From Candidatus Magasanikiibacteriota bacterium (GTDB lineage: Bacteria; Patescibacteriota; Patescibacteriia; Magasanikbacterales; UBA922), in the NCBI GenBank assembly GCA_014729395.1, contig WJJZ01000001.1, positions 3,634 through 67,633 of the forward strand: a stretch of DNA of 64,000 nt. Direction: 5' to 3'. The notes below the pieces were generated by a model. The model had not been told where the DNA came from, did not search any database, and saw nothing but the letters and a program-made list of their open reading frames with translations. The position numbers and the translations under genes were made by a program. Positions 53,247-63,687 of this stretch are shown in pieces (the first letter of the stretch is position 1; every line of letters begins with the position of its first letter).

Positions 53247-53601
53247 TTTTAATATTCGCTAAGCTCAATGATGTTAAAACTGTTTAAAACAATTTTAACA
53301 TGAGAATTTTATCCCTTTAATTAAAAAGGTTTATTTTAAGTACTTTTTTTTGAAATAGACTCTGGATGTTTTTGTCACATTTCTAATGTGAACCTTACTT
53401 ATGTATTGCATATTTCAATTTGATTGGTTTTTATGCAATTGTATATTGGTTGCTAAATTGTAAAGAATTGATTCCTTCCAAGAAAAAAAGAGGAACCTGC
53501 TTTACTTCCTGAAAACTATCAAGAAATAAATTTGGTTACTCTTTTCCTAGTATCCCATTTTGGGGACTGGGGAAAACATAAATTGTTGCATTAGTAAAAA
53601 G

Positions 53602-53630
53602 ATTATATACATAAATATATAATATGTCAA
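53602..53630 (-). promoter_or_regulatory. rRNA promoter
   Basis: TTGACA-17-TATAAT ~420 nt upstream of 16S. Confidence 0.75.
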
Positions 53631-53739
53631 GAGGATAATATGGGGAAGATATGGGGATAAAAAAATGTCTAATATCTATTTCATCCAATAACCAATAAAA
53701 ATCTAATGACTAAAATTAAACATTTTTAAATTAGATATT

Positions 53740-54468
53740 TTAAAACTGTTTTTTCCGCCACTCTTCTACCCGCCTATGATCTCCCGAAAGCAAAACGTCC
53801 GGTACTTTCCAACCCTTAAAATTTGCCGGTTTGGTGTATTGCGAATATTCTTTTTGCGTCTCGGATTGCTGCTTGCTGCTTGCTACTGGCTGCCGAAGTC
53901 CAAACGTCTCTTCATCCAGTGAGGCCGGATTACCAAGCATCCCCGGAACTAAACGGGACACAGCTTCAATAATTACCAGAGCTCCAAGTTCTCCACCGGC
54001 TAAAACGTAAGGTCCGATTGAAATTTCTTCGTCCACCATATGGTCAACCACGCGCTGATCAACTCCCTCATAACGACCGGATACGAAAGTTATTTCATCA
54101 AGCTTGGAAAATTTTTCCGCCATTTCTTGATTAAATTGTTTGCCGCGAGGAGATAACAAAAATGTTCTTTTTTTCTTTTTCAAACTACCATTAAATACTT
54201 TTTTTATTTTTGTAAGCCCATCTACTTTTCTAAAAGGGATTGCATCAATGCTTTTTAAAGCTTTATAAATTGGCTCCGGCTTCATTACCATGCCCGGACC
54301 ACCACCATAAGGTGTATCATCAACGCTTTTATGCTTATCTTCTGTAAAGTCACGCAGATTGATCGAATTAATTTCGATCAATTTATTTTCTTGGGCACGC
54401 TTAAGAATACTCTCGCTGCAGTATTGAGTTATTAAATCGGGAAAAATTGTGATTATGTTGAATTTCAT
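53740..54468 (-). CDS. trmD: tRNA (guanine37-N1)-methyltransferase
   Basis: VDDTPYGGGPGMVM, GRYEGVDQR, SIGPYVLAGGE, LLSGDH. Confidence 0.97.
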   Translation of the reverse strand: MKFNIITIFPDLITQYCSESILKRAQENKLIEINSINLRDFTEDKHKSVDDTPYGGGPGMVMKPEPIYKALKSIDAIPFRKVDGLTKIKKVFNGSLKKKKRTFLLSPRGKQFNQEMAEKFSKLDEITFVSGRYEGVDQRVVDHMVDEEISIGPYVLAGGELGALVIIEAVSRLVPGMLGNPASLDEETFGLRQPVASSKQQSETQKEYSQYTKPANFKGWKVPDVLLSGDHRRVEEWRKKQF

Positions 54469-54536
54469 ATTTTAACAGTTCTTCCCGCCCTTCGCGAAGG
54501 GCGAGATTGGCTGTGAACTGTTCACTACTTACTGTT

Positions 54537-55487
54537 TTACTTCTCAAACAAAAACTGCCCAACTCCATTACATTCTTTAGCGATAAATTTAAAATTTCTC
54601 TCCTCAAAAAAATTAACCAAACCGTCAGCATCATAAACCCTAATGGTAATAAGATCAACAATTGTACCGGGCAATAAGGTTACGGTTCTACCATCAAAAC
54701 AAACCACTGTCTTTTTTAAAATCTTAAAGCGAAAAATAAACTTTAAATCATTTAAATTTTCTTCTTTAATCATAGAAAGAAACATCTCCCCATTTTCATA
54801 AGGTATACCAATCTCTTTCAAAGGGCGGAAATAAAAATCACGTCTTACATCTTGATCCAGATACTTCAAGTATCTTTCGAACAATAACATATCACCTTTT
54901 TCATTAATTTCACTTCTAACAGCCACTTCCATCCACAGTTTGTCTCCTTTTTCCAGCATATCGTACAAAATATCAGCCATATAGTCTTGCTCCACATTAC
55001 CAAAAGTACAGCCCAAAAAAGCATAAACCTTTACATCAAAGTCAGCCAATTCATGCTTTAATTTTTTTATAAAATCCTCTTTGCTGAAATCCGCACACAA
55101 TAATTTATAATCAAATTTACTTTCAGACAAATTCTTTTCAGCTAATTCAATCATACCTTCAGAAGAGTCCACCCCAAATAATTTAAAATTAAAACCGTCT
55201 TTATAAAATCTTCCAAATATATCTTTTTCCTTTCCGGCATTTCCACAACCTAAACTTATTACAGCAACTTTTTTATCCTTGTTTTTGCAGCAATTTCTTC
55301 TTAAAAACGGATAATACTTTTCCTTTAGCGCCAAAAGGTGGGGTTTTTTTGCAGGAGAAAGATCATAATACATACAAGCACCTTTATCCACATAAAAAGC
55401 CGTTTGCTTAAAAACTTTAAATTCCTTGAAATGCTTGTAAATTTCTTTTTTCAATTCCTGCTCAGAATTGAATTTGCTTATTTTCAT
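54537..55487 (-). CDS. SAM-dependent methyltransferase, EgtD/Methyltransf_33-like
   Basis: ISLGCGNAGKE, GVDSSEGM, ADF, FLGCTFGN. Confidence 0.7.
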   Translation of the reverse strand: MKISKFNSEQELKKEIYKHFKEFKVFKQTAFYVDKGACMYYDLSPAKKPHLLALKEKYYPFLRRNCCKNKDKKVAVISLGCGNAGKEKDIFGRFYKDGFNFKLFGVDSSEGMIELAEKNLSESKFDYKLLCADFSKEDFIKKLKHELADFDVKVYAFLGCTFGNVEQDYMADILYDMLEKGDKLWMEVAVRSEINEKGDMLLFERYLKYLDQDVRRDFYFRPLKEIGIPYENGEMFLSMIKEENLNDLKFIFRFKILKKTVVCFDGRTVTLLPGTIVDLITIRVYDADGLVNFFEERNFKFIAKECNGVGQFLFEK

Positions 55488-55574
55488 AATATTTGCAATT
55501 AATAAATTTTGTTAATTGGGTGATCAGGCAATTGGATAACTTGAATAGAAAAACCCAATTATCTAATCATCCAA

Positions 55575-56468
55575 TTATTGACCCTCATAAGAGGATATCC
55601 CAAGTTTTACATTGTCAATCACTACACCTTGTTTAAATTGAAAAGCAGCATTAAACCAATCTCTATTTCCCGAAATAGATAAAAAACGGATCTTGCCTTG
55701 CAATGAATCCGTTTCACAAATTTTTTTAAATGTATCAAAATCTGAAATTTTCCAGATAATATTGGCCGTATCACCGTAAATTAGACCGAACATACCTTCA
55801 CTAAAGGTTTCAAACGACTCATTAATTAAAGCTCGCTTTGCCTGTTGGGGAGATTGTAAATTATTCTTTTTAATATATTTCTCATATAAATTTTGCGCTT
55901 TCTTTACTGAAACACTCTCATCATACTTAAGTATTCTACGCAAAGGTCTGTATATTGCTTGTGTCTCAAAGGCCATTCTTACCTGTTTTTTGTGTTTAAG
56001 GTAATTAATCGTTTTCAAATTATTTTCCCTGTCAGCTATTTTTAAAAGTAAAACCCGGACGTCTTTTCTTCCCGCCCAAAGCAAACGCTCCACCTTACTT
56101 TCAAAAATTTTGTCCGGATATTCAAAAAAATCAATTAACCTTTTGGTATTTGCGTCAACAATAAAACCAGCTTCCCTGCCAAATTTATTATAAATATCTT
56201 CTCGTGATACTTCCTCACAATCTTCCACCACATCATGAAGTAAAGCCGCTACTGTCAACTGAATATCATTGTATTTGTTATGAAGCTTTATCGCAATCGC
56301 TATCGGGTGAACAATATAGGGATCACCGGATTTACGAAATTGACAATCATGCGACGAAATAGCAAAATCAAAAGCTTGTTTTATTTTTTCAGCTTTTTCC
56401 ACAGACAATTGACTGATTATATCCTTTAGCTTTTTCTCATTCAGATTGTATAAGTCTTTTTTGTCCAT
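55575..56468 (-). CDS. RelA/SpoT-type HD hydrolase domain protein (small alarmone hydrolase-like)
   Basis: H..QFRKSGDPYIVHP, ALLHDVVED, LLKIADRENN; no synthetase domain seen. Confidence 0.8.
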   Translation of the reverse strand: MDKKDLYNLNEKKLKDIISQLSVEKAEKIKQAFDFAISSHDCQFRKSGDPYIVHPIAIAIKLHNKYNDIQLTVAALLHDVVEDCEEVSREDIYNKFGREAGFIVDANTKRLIDFFEYPDKIFESKVERLLWAGRKDVRVLLLKIADRENNLKTINYLKHKKQVRMAFETQAIYRPLRRILKYDESVSVKKAQNLYEKYIKKNNLQSPQQAKRALINESFETFSEGMFGLIYGDTANIIWKISDFDTFKKICETDSLQGKIRFLSISGNRDWFNAAFQFKQGVVIDNVKLGISSYEGQ

Positions 56469-56509
56469 AAATATCCCAATTAAGATATTTAATACTATAA
56501 TAGAAAAAT

Positions 56510-57586
56510 TTAATTATGTAAAGCCAAATTTAATGCTATTTTAGCTAAATTTTCCAAATCGCTAACCTTGAGCTCTTCTTCCATACTATGAGAATATTTG
56601 GACCCATCAGCTAAATTCAGTATTTTTATGCCTTTATCATAAAAAATATTAGCATCAAAGCAGCCATAAACTTTCATAGTTTTTGACGAAATGTTCATCT
56701 CATCCATAATTTTTTTTGCCCTGACAACCAGTTCATCATTTTCACCGAATATGAAACCGGGATTTTCTTGTAATGTTTTATATTCAATATTACCGCCAAA
56801 TAATTTTGCTTTTAAATCAAATATATCTATGATTTTATCAGTATTTGACCTGGCTTTTTCTTCATAAAAACTTCTCACCTCACCTTTTAAAACCAACTCA
56901 CCCGGAATAGTATTTCTAACATGACCGCCCTCCAGTGTTCCAATATTGCAAATCGTATCATTATCAACCCTTCCTAATGTAATTTCTTTAAGCGCTTCAT
57001 GAAATATATTCAGTGCATTTACCGCTTTTTCAGGTACACTGGCGTGATTGGCACGTCCCAATATTTTTATATCAAAACGATAATAAAAAGGTGATCCGAT
57101 AATTATTCCACCAATGGGATTACTGGAATCAAAAGAAAAACCGCTTTTTGCTCTTAACATTGAATAATCTAAATTCACAGCCCCCCAATTGGCGGTTTCT
57201 TCACTCAAGGTAAAGACTAAATCCAAAGGTTTGGCAATCAAATTATTTTCTTTGATAACTTGTAAAATTTCCAAAACAGCGGCTACAGCATTCTTGTTGT
57301 CCGCTCCCAAAATTGTTTTACCACGACTTTTGATAAGACCGTTTTCAACAATCGGTTCAATTCCTCTTCCGGGCTCCACTGTATCCAAATGTACTGCCAG
57401 AACAATAGGCTCTCCATCTCCATCCGTATGAGCGATTACATTACCAAAACTATCTTTTTCATATTTAATATTCAAATCGTCCAGGCGTTTTATAATATCG
57501 ACTACCATCTCCCCTTCTTCACCGGAGGGGCTATCAATCCGAACAATCTCCAAAAATGTATTAACCAGTCTTTCTGTGTTTATCAT
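56510..57586 (-). CDS. M20 family peptidase T-like protein
   Basis: HLDTV, LGADNK, SEE, GRANHA, HSMEE. Confidence 0.88.
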   Translation of the reverse strand: MINTERLVNTFLEIVRIDSPSGEEGEMVVDIIKRLDDLNIKYEKDSFGNVIAHTDGDGEPIVLAVHLDTVEPGRGIEPIVENGLIKSRGKTILGADNKNAVAAVLEILQVIKENNLIAKPLDLVFTLSEETANWGAVNLDYSMLRAKSGFSFDSSNPIGGIIIGSPFYYRFDIKILGRANHASVPEKAVNALNIFHEALKEITLGRVDNDTICNIGTLEGGHVRNTIPGELVLKGEVRSFYEEKARSNTDKIIDIFDLKAKLFGGNIEYKTLQENPGFIFGENDELVVRAKKIMDEMNISSKTMKVYGCFDANIFYDKGIKILNLADGSKYSHSMEEELKVSDLENLAKIALNLALHN

Positions 57587-57670
57587 AAAAAATATTATTA
57601 ATTATGTTAATGATTATATAAATTTTTAGGCCGGCCGGCAATATTTCTATTACCGACCGACCCTGAAATC

Positions 57671-58264
57671 CTAATGAAACAAAGGCCAGCGAACCTGAGT
57701 TACACAAGGACCTTCCAAATTATGTTCCAAGCGACAAGAATTATCGCCACATTGATCAAAACAGCTTGCTTCATAACAAAGCGGAACTCTAACAGTATGC
57801 GGCAAATCGACATAAGAAAGGGTTACAAAGCCGAGCACGTTCGCGATATGAACAACCTTTGGGTTTTTTGTGGTATGAACCAGCACACCCGTAGGGTGTA
57901 ATACCGAAATCGCTCTATAAATCTCAAAACCCAATTTCCTATCCCGATATTCCGGTGGCACAAAAACCGAGCCTAGCTCCCACCACTGTAAACCGTCGTT
58001 TTGACCGGATTCATAAGTGGTGGCAAAACCACATGGATTTTGATTATGACCCAAAAGCAAAGCACAGAGTCCCAACCGAAGTTGATTGAAGACCCGTTCT
58101 TGTTCTTGAATCAAGAGCGGCTCCCCTCTTTCAACCGCTTCTCTTGTCCAATTTGAAATCAAATTAGACAAATACTCCAAACGGTTTTGCAGCACAGGCT
58201 CGTTACCCCTGTATGCGCTAACTTGAAACGGAACACACGAAACCATGTTTGCGCTGATCATCAT
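57671..58264 (-). CDS. GNAT family N-acetyltransferase with Cys-rich tail
   Basis: ELGSVFVPPEYRDRKLG; SD AAGGAGGT. Confidence 0.75.
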   Translation of the reverse strand: MMISANMVSCVPFQVSAYRGNEPVLQNRLEYLSNLISNWTREAVERGEPLLIQEQERVFNQLRLGLCALLLGHNQNPCGFATTYESGQNDGLQWWELGSVFVPPEYRDRKLGFEIYRAISVLHPTGVLVHTTKNPKVVHIANVLGFVTLSYVDLPHTVRVPLCYEASCFDQCGDNSCRLEHNLEGPCVTQVRWPLFH

Positions 58265-58324
58265 ACCTCCTTTTTCAGCTAAATTTTGGTCTCATCTAAA
58301 AAAATCTTAAATCAGACCAAAATT

Positions 58325-58464
58325 AAAAAATCCCGCCTCTGCGGGACGATTTTATTTTTAAAAACAAAAACTATCCCGCGGGCAGGATCTTCTTCTTTGT
58401 GTCTTTTAAACTTAAAATCAAATTCATATAAAATAATTTTAGCAAAACCAAAACGCTTTGTAAA
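58325..58464 (-). promoter_or_regulatory. Promoter, 18-aa Lys-run leader ORF (58371-58427) and attenuator for the GNAT gene
   Basis: TTTACA-17-TAAAAT; MNLILSLKDTKKKILPAG; GCGGGAT can pair with GTCCCGC of terminator GTCCCGC-AGAG-GCGGGAT-TTTTT. Confidence 0.6.
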
Positions 58465-58470
58465 GTTTAA

Positions 58471-61400
58471 TCAAGGACTGATTTTCTCTGCTTCGTCCAC
58501 TTTTACACTCAAAAGTTTGCTTATGCCATCATTACCCATTGTCACACCATATAAAATATCGGCTGCATGCATAGTAGCTCTATTGTGAGTAATAATAATA
58601 AATTGAGATTGCTCTGCCAACTCACGTAAAATTTTTGTAAAACGCAAACTGTTGGCTTCATCAAGAGCAGCTTCAACTTCATCAAGAACTACAAAAGGAG
58701 ACGGATTAGTGTGCAGTATTGCACACACCAAGGCAATCGATGTCATTGTCCTCTCTCCCCCGGAAAGTGCTTGGATATTTTTAATTTTTTTACCGGGCGG
58801 ACAGGCTGTTATATCTATACCTTGTAAAATTTTCTTTTCCTGTCCTTTTTCTTTTTTAATATTTTTTTCTTCTTCCTCGGACTCATCTTCTTCATCATCT
58901 TTTTCTTCTCCGTATAATTCAATTATATCAGCACTACCCCCTTCAAATAATAATTCAAAATATCTTTTGAATTCAATTCTTATCTGCTTAAAAGCTTTAT
59001 CCCTTTTTTTCTTCATCAACAAATCCAATTCGCTTATTAATTCGCGGGTATCTTTCATAGCTTTTTCCAAATCTTTCAACTGATCATTTAATTCATCATG
59101 ACGTTCTTTGGTCTCTCCATATTCGGAAACAACCTCCTCATCTATACCACCTATCAAAGATAACTTATATTTTAATTTTTGTATTTTTTCTTCAAATTTT
59201 CGCGCTTCATCAACAGAAACAATATTAATATTCTTTTCCACAATGGAATCAATTGAAATTTTCATCTCTGCATAAACTTCATTGCTTAAATTCTCCTGCC
59301 TTGTTTCCAGTTTTGCCAGATCAACCCTGGCTTCATTTCTTTTATCAACCACTTCATTCAATTGTGTCTGCTCAGCCTGCATGGCATCCTGTAAGGCGAA
59401 TATTCTTTCTTTTTTTTCTTCTTCCTCTTTATTAAAATGATTAATTTTATTCTGTATATCCTTCAACTGATTGTCAATTTTTTTGATTTCTCTATCCAAA
59501 TCTTCTTTTTCTTGAGAAACTTTATTCATTGCAACATTAAAATCATCCTTGCTTAATGAGTGCAAGGAAGATTCTTGTTCCAAAGACGCCAATTCTTTGC
59601 TCAGTTTATTTTTCTGAGCTTCAAGAATTTCCTCTTTACTACTTATTGCGCTAAATTTTGACTGCATTTCATACAATTTTTTTTGCTCAGCCTCTTCAGT
59701 TTCTTCCAGTTTATTCAATTTAACTTGCAAACTTTTCTTTTTCTCTTCCAACTCATCAGCTTTATTTCTTGTTAAATAAGGAGAAGAACCTTGGCCAAAA
59801 CTAAGTCCTTTTTGTTTTTTTCTGCGATGCCCACCTTTCATACTGCCGCTTAATTCCATTACATCACCATCAAGAGTAACCATGCGGACTGTACCTATCC
59901 CAATTTTCCGCGCAATGTCCATATCTTCCACTATCAAAGTATTTCCAAATACATATGAAAAAATATCACTAAACTTATCGTCATAATCTGCCAAATCCAC
60001 TGCCAGGCCATGTACCCCTTCCACTCCCAAAAAATCTTCTATATTTTGAGAAATCGGTCTTGGTTTAATTTTGTTTAGAGGTAAAAAAGTAGCATAACCC
60101 TGTTTCTCAACTCTTAAATATTCAATTGCTTTTTGAGCGGTCTTGTCATTATCAACCACTAGAGAAGCTACAGATCCGCCTGTGGCAACATCCATTGCCA
60201 GTTGATATTTTTCATCTACATCGGCCAACTGCGCAACCGCGCCATATACTGTGCCGAACTGGTGTCTTTCTTCTAAAATTACTTGAACCGCTCTAATATT
60301 GGTAAACTGACTGACGGTTTTTTCATACCTGGCTTCAGTTATATCTTGATCCAAACCGATAATGGCGTTTTTTATTTCGGTTTTTTCCGATGATATTTCT
60401 TCCAATTTATTTTTAATTTCCTGAACATTGTTTAAAAATTCCTGTTTCTCTTTTTTTATCTTTTTCAAATCATTCAAACCGGAATATTCCTCCTGTTTTA
60501 AAGATTCTATCTTGTTCGTCAACCAACCCAAGTTTTGTTTTCCGGCTCTGGAATATTCTATCTGCAATTTTCCCTGTAAAACCGCCTTTTCACGTTCCAT
60601 TTCATTTTTTCTTTTCAAAATAGTTTGATAATCTTGCTGTAAAGTCTCAAATATTACTTGTCTGGTTTCTGCCTTGGCCAAAGCTGCCAACTCTTTTTGA
60701 ATGGCGGTTAAGTTTTCCTTACTTTGAGTAAATTCACTATCTACACCTTTTAAAACTTGCTTCAAATTATTAATTTTTTCCTGGTTTGATGTCCAAAGAC
60801 TACTATAATATATCTCTTGAGTTTCTCTTAGTTCCATATCAACCGCTTGTCTTTGTTCCAATTTTTTTACCTGTCTTGATAAACTTTTTAATCTGGGAGT
60901 GATTTCATTCAACAAAATACCGGCTTGTTCAGTATTATCTTTTGTTCTTTGTAATTTTAAAATCGCCTGGTGCCTTTTTATCTGAAATTCTTTGATACCG
61001 GAGGCTTCGTCAAAAAACTGTTTTCTCTCTTGAGGTGTTTGCAATAAAAGCCTATCAATCATACCCTGCCCGATAACACTATAAGAACCCTGACCAAATT
61101 GACATTTTGCCAAAAGTAATTGCAGATCAAGCAAACGAACTCTTTTCGCATTAATATAGTATTCATTTTCTCCGGATCGATATAATTTTCTGGTAATAAC
61201 CAATTCTTCCATTTCAATCGGAGCTTTTTTATCACTGTTATCGAGGGTCATAGTTACGGAACTAGCCCCCATTTTTCCCTTGGATTCAGAACCGGAAAAA
61301 ATTATATCCTGACTTTTTTTGCCTCGCAGAGCTTTTAGACTTGTCTCACCCATTACCCACCGGATTGCATCCGATATATTACTTTTTCCCGCGCCGTTTG

Positions 61401-61512
61401 GCCCTACAATCGCTGTAACACTTTCTCTACCGTCCTTATTTCCTTTGAATTCTAAAACAGTCTTTTGGGCAAAAGACTTAAATCCATTTAGTTCTAGAGA
61501 TTTCAAATACAT
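58471..61512 (-). CDS. smc: Chromosome segregation protein SMC (likely start MYLKSLE, ~1013 aa)
   Basis: GFKSF, GPNGAGKSN, hinge GYATFLPL and GSMKGG, LSGGE, VVLDEVEAALD. Confidence 0.95.
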   Translation of the reverse strand: MYLKSLELNGFKSFAQKTVLEFKGNKDGRESVTAIVGPNGAGKSNISDAIRWVMGETSLKALRGKKSQDIIFSGSESKGKMGASSVTMTLDNSDKKAPIEMEELVITRKLYRSGENEYYINAKRVRLLDLQLLLAKCQFGQGSYSVIGQGMIDRLLLQTPQERKQFFDEASGIKEFQIKRHQAILKLQRTKDNTEQAGILLNEITPRLKSLSRQVKKLEQRQAVDMELRETQEIYYSSLWTSNQEKINNLKQVLKGVDSEFTQSKENLTAIQKELAALAKAETRQVIFETLQQDYQTILKRKNEMEREKAVLQGKLQIEYSRAGKQNLGWLTNKIESLKQEEYSGLNDLKKIKKEKQEFLNNVQEIKNKLEEISSEKTEIKNAIIGLDQDITEARYEKTVSQFTNIRAVQVILEERHQFGTVYGAVAQLADVDEKYQLAMDVATGGSVASLVVDNDKTAQKAIEYLRVEKQGYATFLPLNKIKPRPISQNIEDFLGVEGVHGLAVDLADYDDKFSDIFSYVFGNTLIVEDMDIARKIGIGTVRMVTLDGDVMELSGSMKGGHRRKKQKGLSFGQGSSPYLTRNKADELEEKKKSLQVKLNKLEETEEAEQKKLYEMQSKFSAISSKEEILEAQKNKLSKELASLEQESSLHSLSKDDFNVAMNKVSQEKEDLDREIKKIDNQLKDIQNKINHFNKEEEEKKERIFALQDAMQAEQTQLNEVVDKRNEARVDLAKLETRQENLSNEVYAEMKISIDSIVEKNINIVSVDEARKFEEKIQKLKYKLSLIGGIDEEVVSEYGETKERHDELNDQLKDLEKAMKDTRELISELDLLMKKKRDKAFKQIRIEFKRYFELLFEGGSADIIELYGEEKDDEEDESEEEEKNIKKEKGQEKKILQGIDITACPPGKKIKNIQALSGGERTMTSIALVCAILHTNPSPFVVLDEVEAALDEANSLRFTKILRELAEQSQFIIITHNRATMHAADILYGVTMGNDGISKLLSVKVDEAEKISP

Positions 61513-61592
61513 AAACAAGAAAACTTGCCCTATTATACCACGCTTGACATACGGCAACAAGTTGGATATAATTATCTGCTAAAACAAATATT

Positions 61593-62564
61593 ATGTTTCG
61601 TACAGCCAAATTAATAGACAATTCAATCAAAGAATCCAAACACATCTTGCTTGTACCCCACCAAAACCCTGACGGAGACGCCCTTGGGTCTGTTACGGCT
61701 ATGATTAGATATTTTGATAAAAATAAAAAAAAGTATTCCACTTATTGCAAAACCGATATACCGGAAAGATTCGACTATTTGCCTCACAGTCATGAAATTG
61801 GAAACGAAGATTCAGTCTGGAATAATAGCGATATTGATCTGATAATTATACTTGACTCCGGTGATCTAAAATATGCCGGAATCGATGATTACATTAAAAA
61901 AATAAAAAATAAACCAAAAATAATTAATATAGATCATCACGCCACCAATGAATTTTATGGCGATCACAATTTAGTTTTACCCCATGCTTCCTCCACCGCC
62001 GAGGTTCTTTTTAACTATTTTCGTTATAATAGAATTCAAATCTGCAAAAAAATGGCTACTTCTTTGCTTACAGGAATAATTACCGATACTGATAATTTTA
62101 CCAATGCCGCTACTACTGTAACTTCGCTTTCCGCTGCCAGTTATTTGATAAAATCCGGTGGTGACCTTTCTCAAATAAAAGAATCGATATTAAAAGATAG
62201 ATCTCTGGCTTCATTAAAGTTATGGGGTGTGGTTTTGTCCAGATTGACAATGCACGAAAAAACTGAAATCGCCCATACTTATCTTAGTCAAAAAGATTTA
62301 AAAAAACATAAAGTAAACGAAGAAGAAGCCGAAGGTATTGCCAATTTTTTAAATAATCTAAGTGACGGTAAAGCGAGTTTAATTCTAAAAGAAGCTAGTG
62401 ACAATAAAATCAAAGGCAGTCTTCGTACGACAAGAGATGATATTGATGTGTCTGAAATTGCGAAAAAATTTGGAGGAGGAGGACACAAAAAAGCGGCTGG
62501 ATTTACTGTTGATGGACCAATGGATAAAGCAGTGAGCCAAGTATTTAGAGAAATCGGGGAATAA
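61593..62564 (+). CDS. nrnA: DHH/DHHA1 phosphoesterase (NrnA-like)
   Basis: HQNPDGDA, IDHH, TDT, GGGGHKKAAG. Confidence 0.88.
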   Translation: MFRTAKLIDNSIKESKHILLVPHQNPDGDALGSVTAMIRYFDKNKKKYSTYCKTDIPERFDYLPHSHEIGNEDSVWNNSDIDLIIILDSGDLKYAGIDDYIKKIKNKPKIINIDHHATNEFYGDHNLVLPHASSTAEVLFNYFRYNRIQICKKMATSLLTGIITDTDNFTNAATTVTSLSAASYLIKSGGDLSQIKESILKDRSLASLKLWGVVLSRLTMHEKTEIAHTYLSQKDLKKHKVNEEEAEGIANFLNNLSDGKASLILKEASDNKIKGSLRTTRDDIDVSEIAKKFGGGGHKKAAGFTVDGPMDKAVSQVFREIGE

Positions 62565-62670
62565 GTCACAGTGGTTGTGTGGTCGTAAAAATTGGTGACT
62601 AGCCACGCAAACCTTGAACAAGCACTAAAACCTGCTATACTAATTAAATAATATACTTATATTAACATCG

Positions 62671-62744
62671 TGTCATTCCCGCGAAGGCGGGAATCCAGTA
62701 TGCGGAGTCCGTTCTCCTGGATTCCCGCCTTCGCGGGAATGACA
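62671..62744. repeat. Paired dRS3-like palindromes forming a 74-bp inverted-repeat element
   Basis: tgtcattcccgcgaaggcgggaatccag...ctggattcccgccttcgcgggaatgaca. Confidence 0.85.
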
Positions 62745-62836
62745 TTACAAAAAAATTAATTGACACTAATACTCTATTTTATCTTCTTTTAGAGAAAAAC
62801 AGATATTAACTTAATACCAATTCAAGCAAAAAATTT

Positions 62837-63460
62837 ATGACAACTACAAACACAAAATCCGAATATCCAATCGATATTAAATCACAGCATTTAATTCCAA
62901 CTGTAATTGAAAAAACCAGTCACGGTGAGAGAGCCTATGATATTTATTCCCGTCTGTTAAAGGACAGAATTATTTTTCTTGGCAGCCAAATTAATGATGT
63001 GGTCGCCAATACTGTCATCGCTCAAATGTTATTCTTGGAAAACCAAGATCCTGACAAAGATATAAAACTATATATAAATTCCCCCGGCGGTTCGGTTACA
63101 GCCGGTATGGCCATATATGACACCATGCAGTATTTAAAAGCTGATGTTTCAACCATTTGTATAGGCATGGCCGCCAGCATGGCATCGGTTTTACTTGCAG
63201 CCGGAGCCAAGGATAAGCGATTTTGTCTGCCAAACAGCGAGGTTATGATTCACCAAGTTATGGGTGGAATGGAAGGACAAGCCAGTGATATCAAAATTCA
63301 TGCTGAGAGAATCCTGAAAATTAAGGAAAATCTTAATAAAATATTAGCTAAACACACCGGAAAAGACCTTAAAACCATAGAAAAAGACTCGGACAGAGAT
63401 TATTTTATGAGTGCGGAAGAAGCCACAAAATACGGACTTGTTGACAAGGTGATTGAATAA
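62837..63460 (+). CDS. clpP: ATP-dependent Clp protease proteolytic subunit
   Basis: [30 protein letters not shown]. Confidence 0.98.
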   Translation: MTTTNTKSEYPIDIKSQHLIPTVIEKTSHGERAYDIYSRLLKDRIIFLGSQINDVVANTVIAQMLFLENQDPDKDIKLYINSPGGSVTAGMAIYDTMQYLKADVSTICIGMAASMASVLLAAGAKDKRFCLPNSEVMIHQVMGGMEGQASDIKIHAERILKIKENLNKILAKHTGKDLKTIEKDSDRDYFMSAEEATKYGLVDKVIE

Positions 63461-63483
63461 AGAGTTGTAAAGTAGTAAGTTGT

Positions 63484-63510
63484 AAAAAACCGTCGTTTCA
63501 GGCGGTTTTT
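63484..63510 (+). terminator. Intrinsic terminator after clpP
   Basis: aaaaaaccgtc-gtttc-aggcggtttttt. Confidence 0.65.
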
Positions 63511-63687
63511 TAATATAATAAAAATTTGCCTTATTTTAGTAAAATTATGTCGATTTAACCTTGACAAAAGGCCTTTTTTGTGATATAATAATTTGTATTT
63601 TTGTGCCTAATCCTAGCTCTATTTTAGGTCTATTTATAGGCTTGAGATAGGGTTACGAAACAAAAACGTTCTTTACAGGAGGTATGT

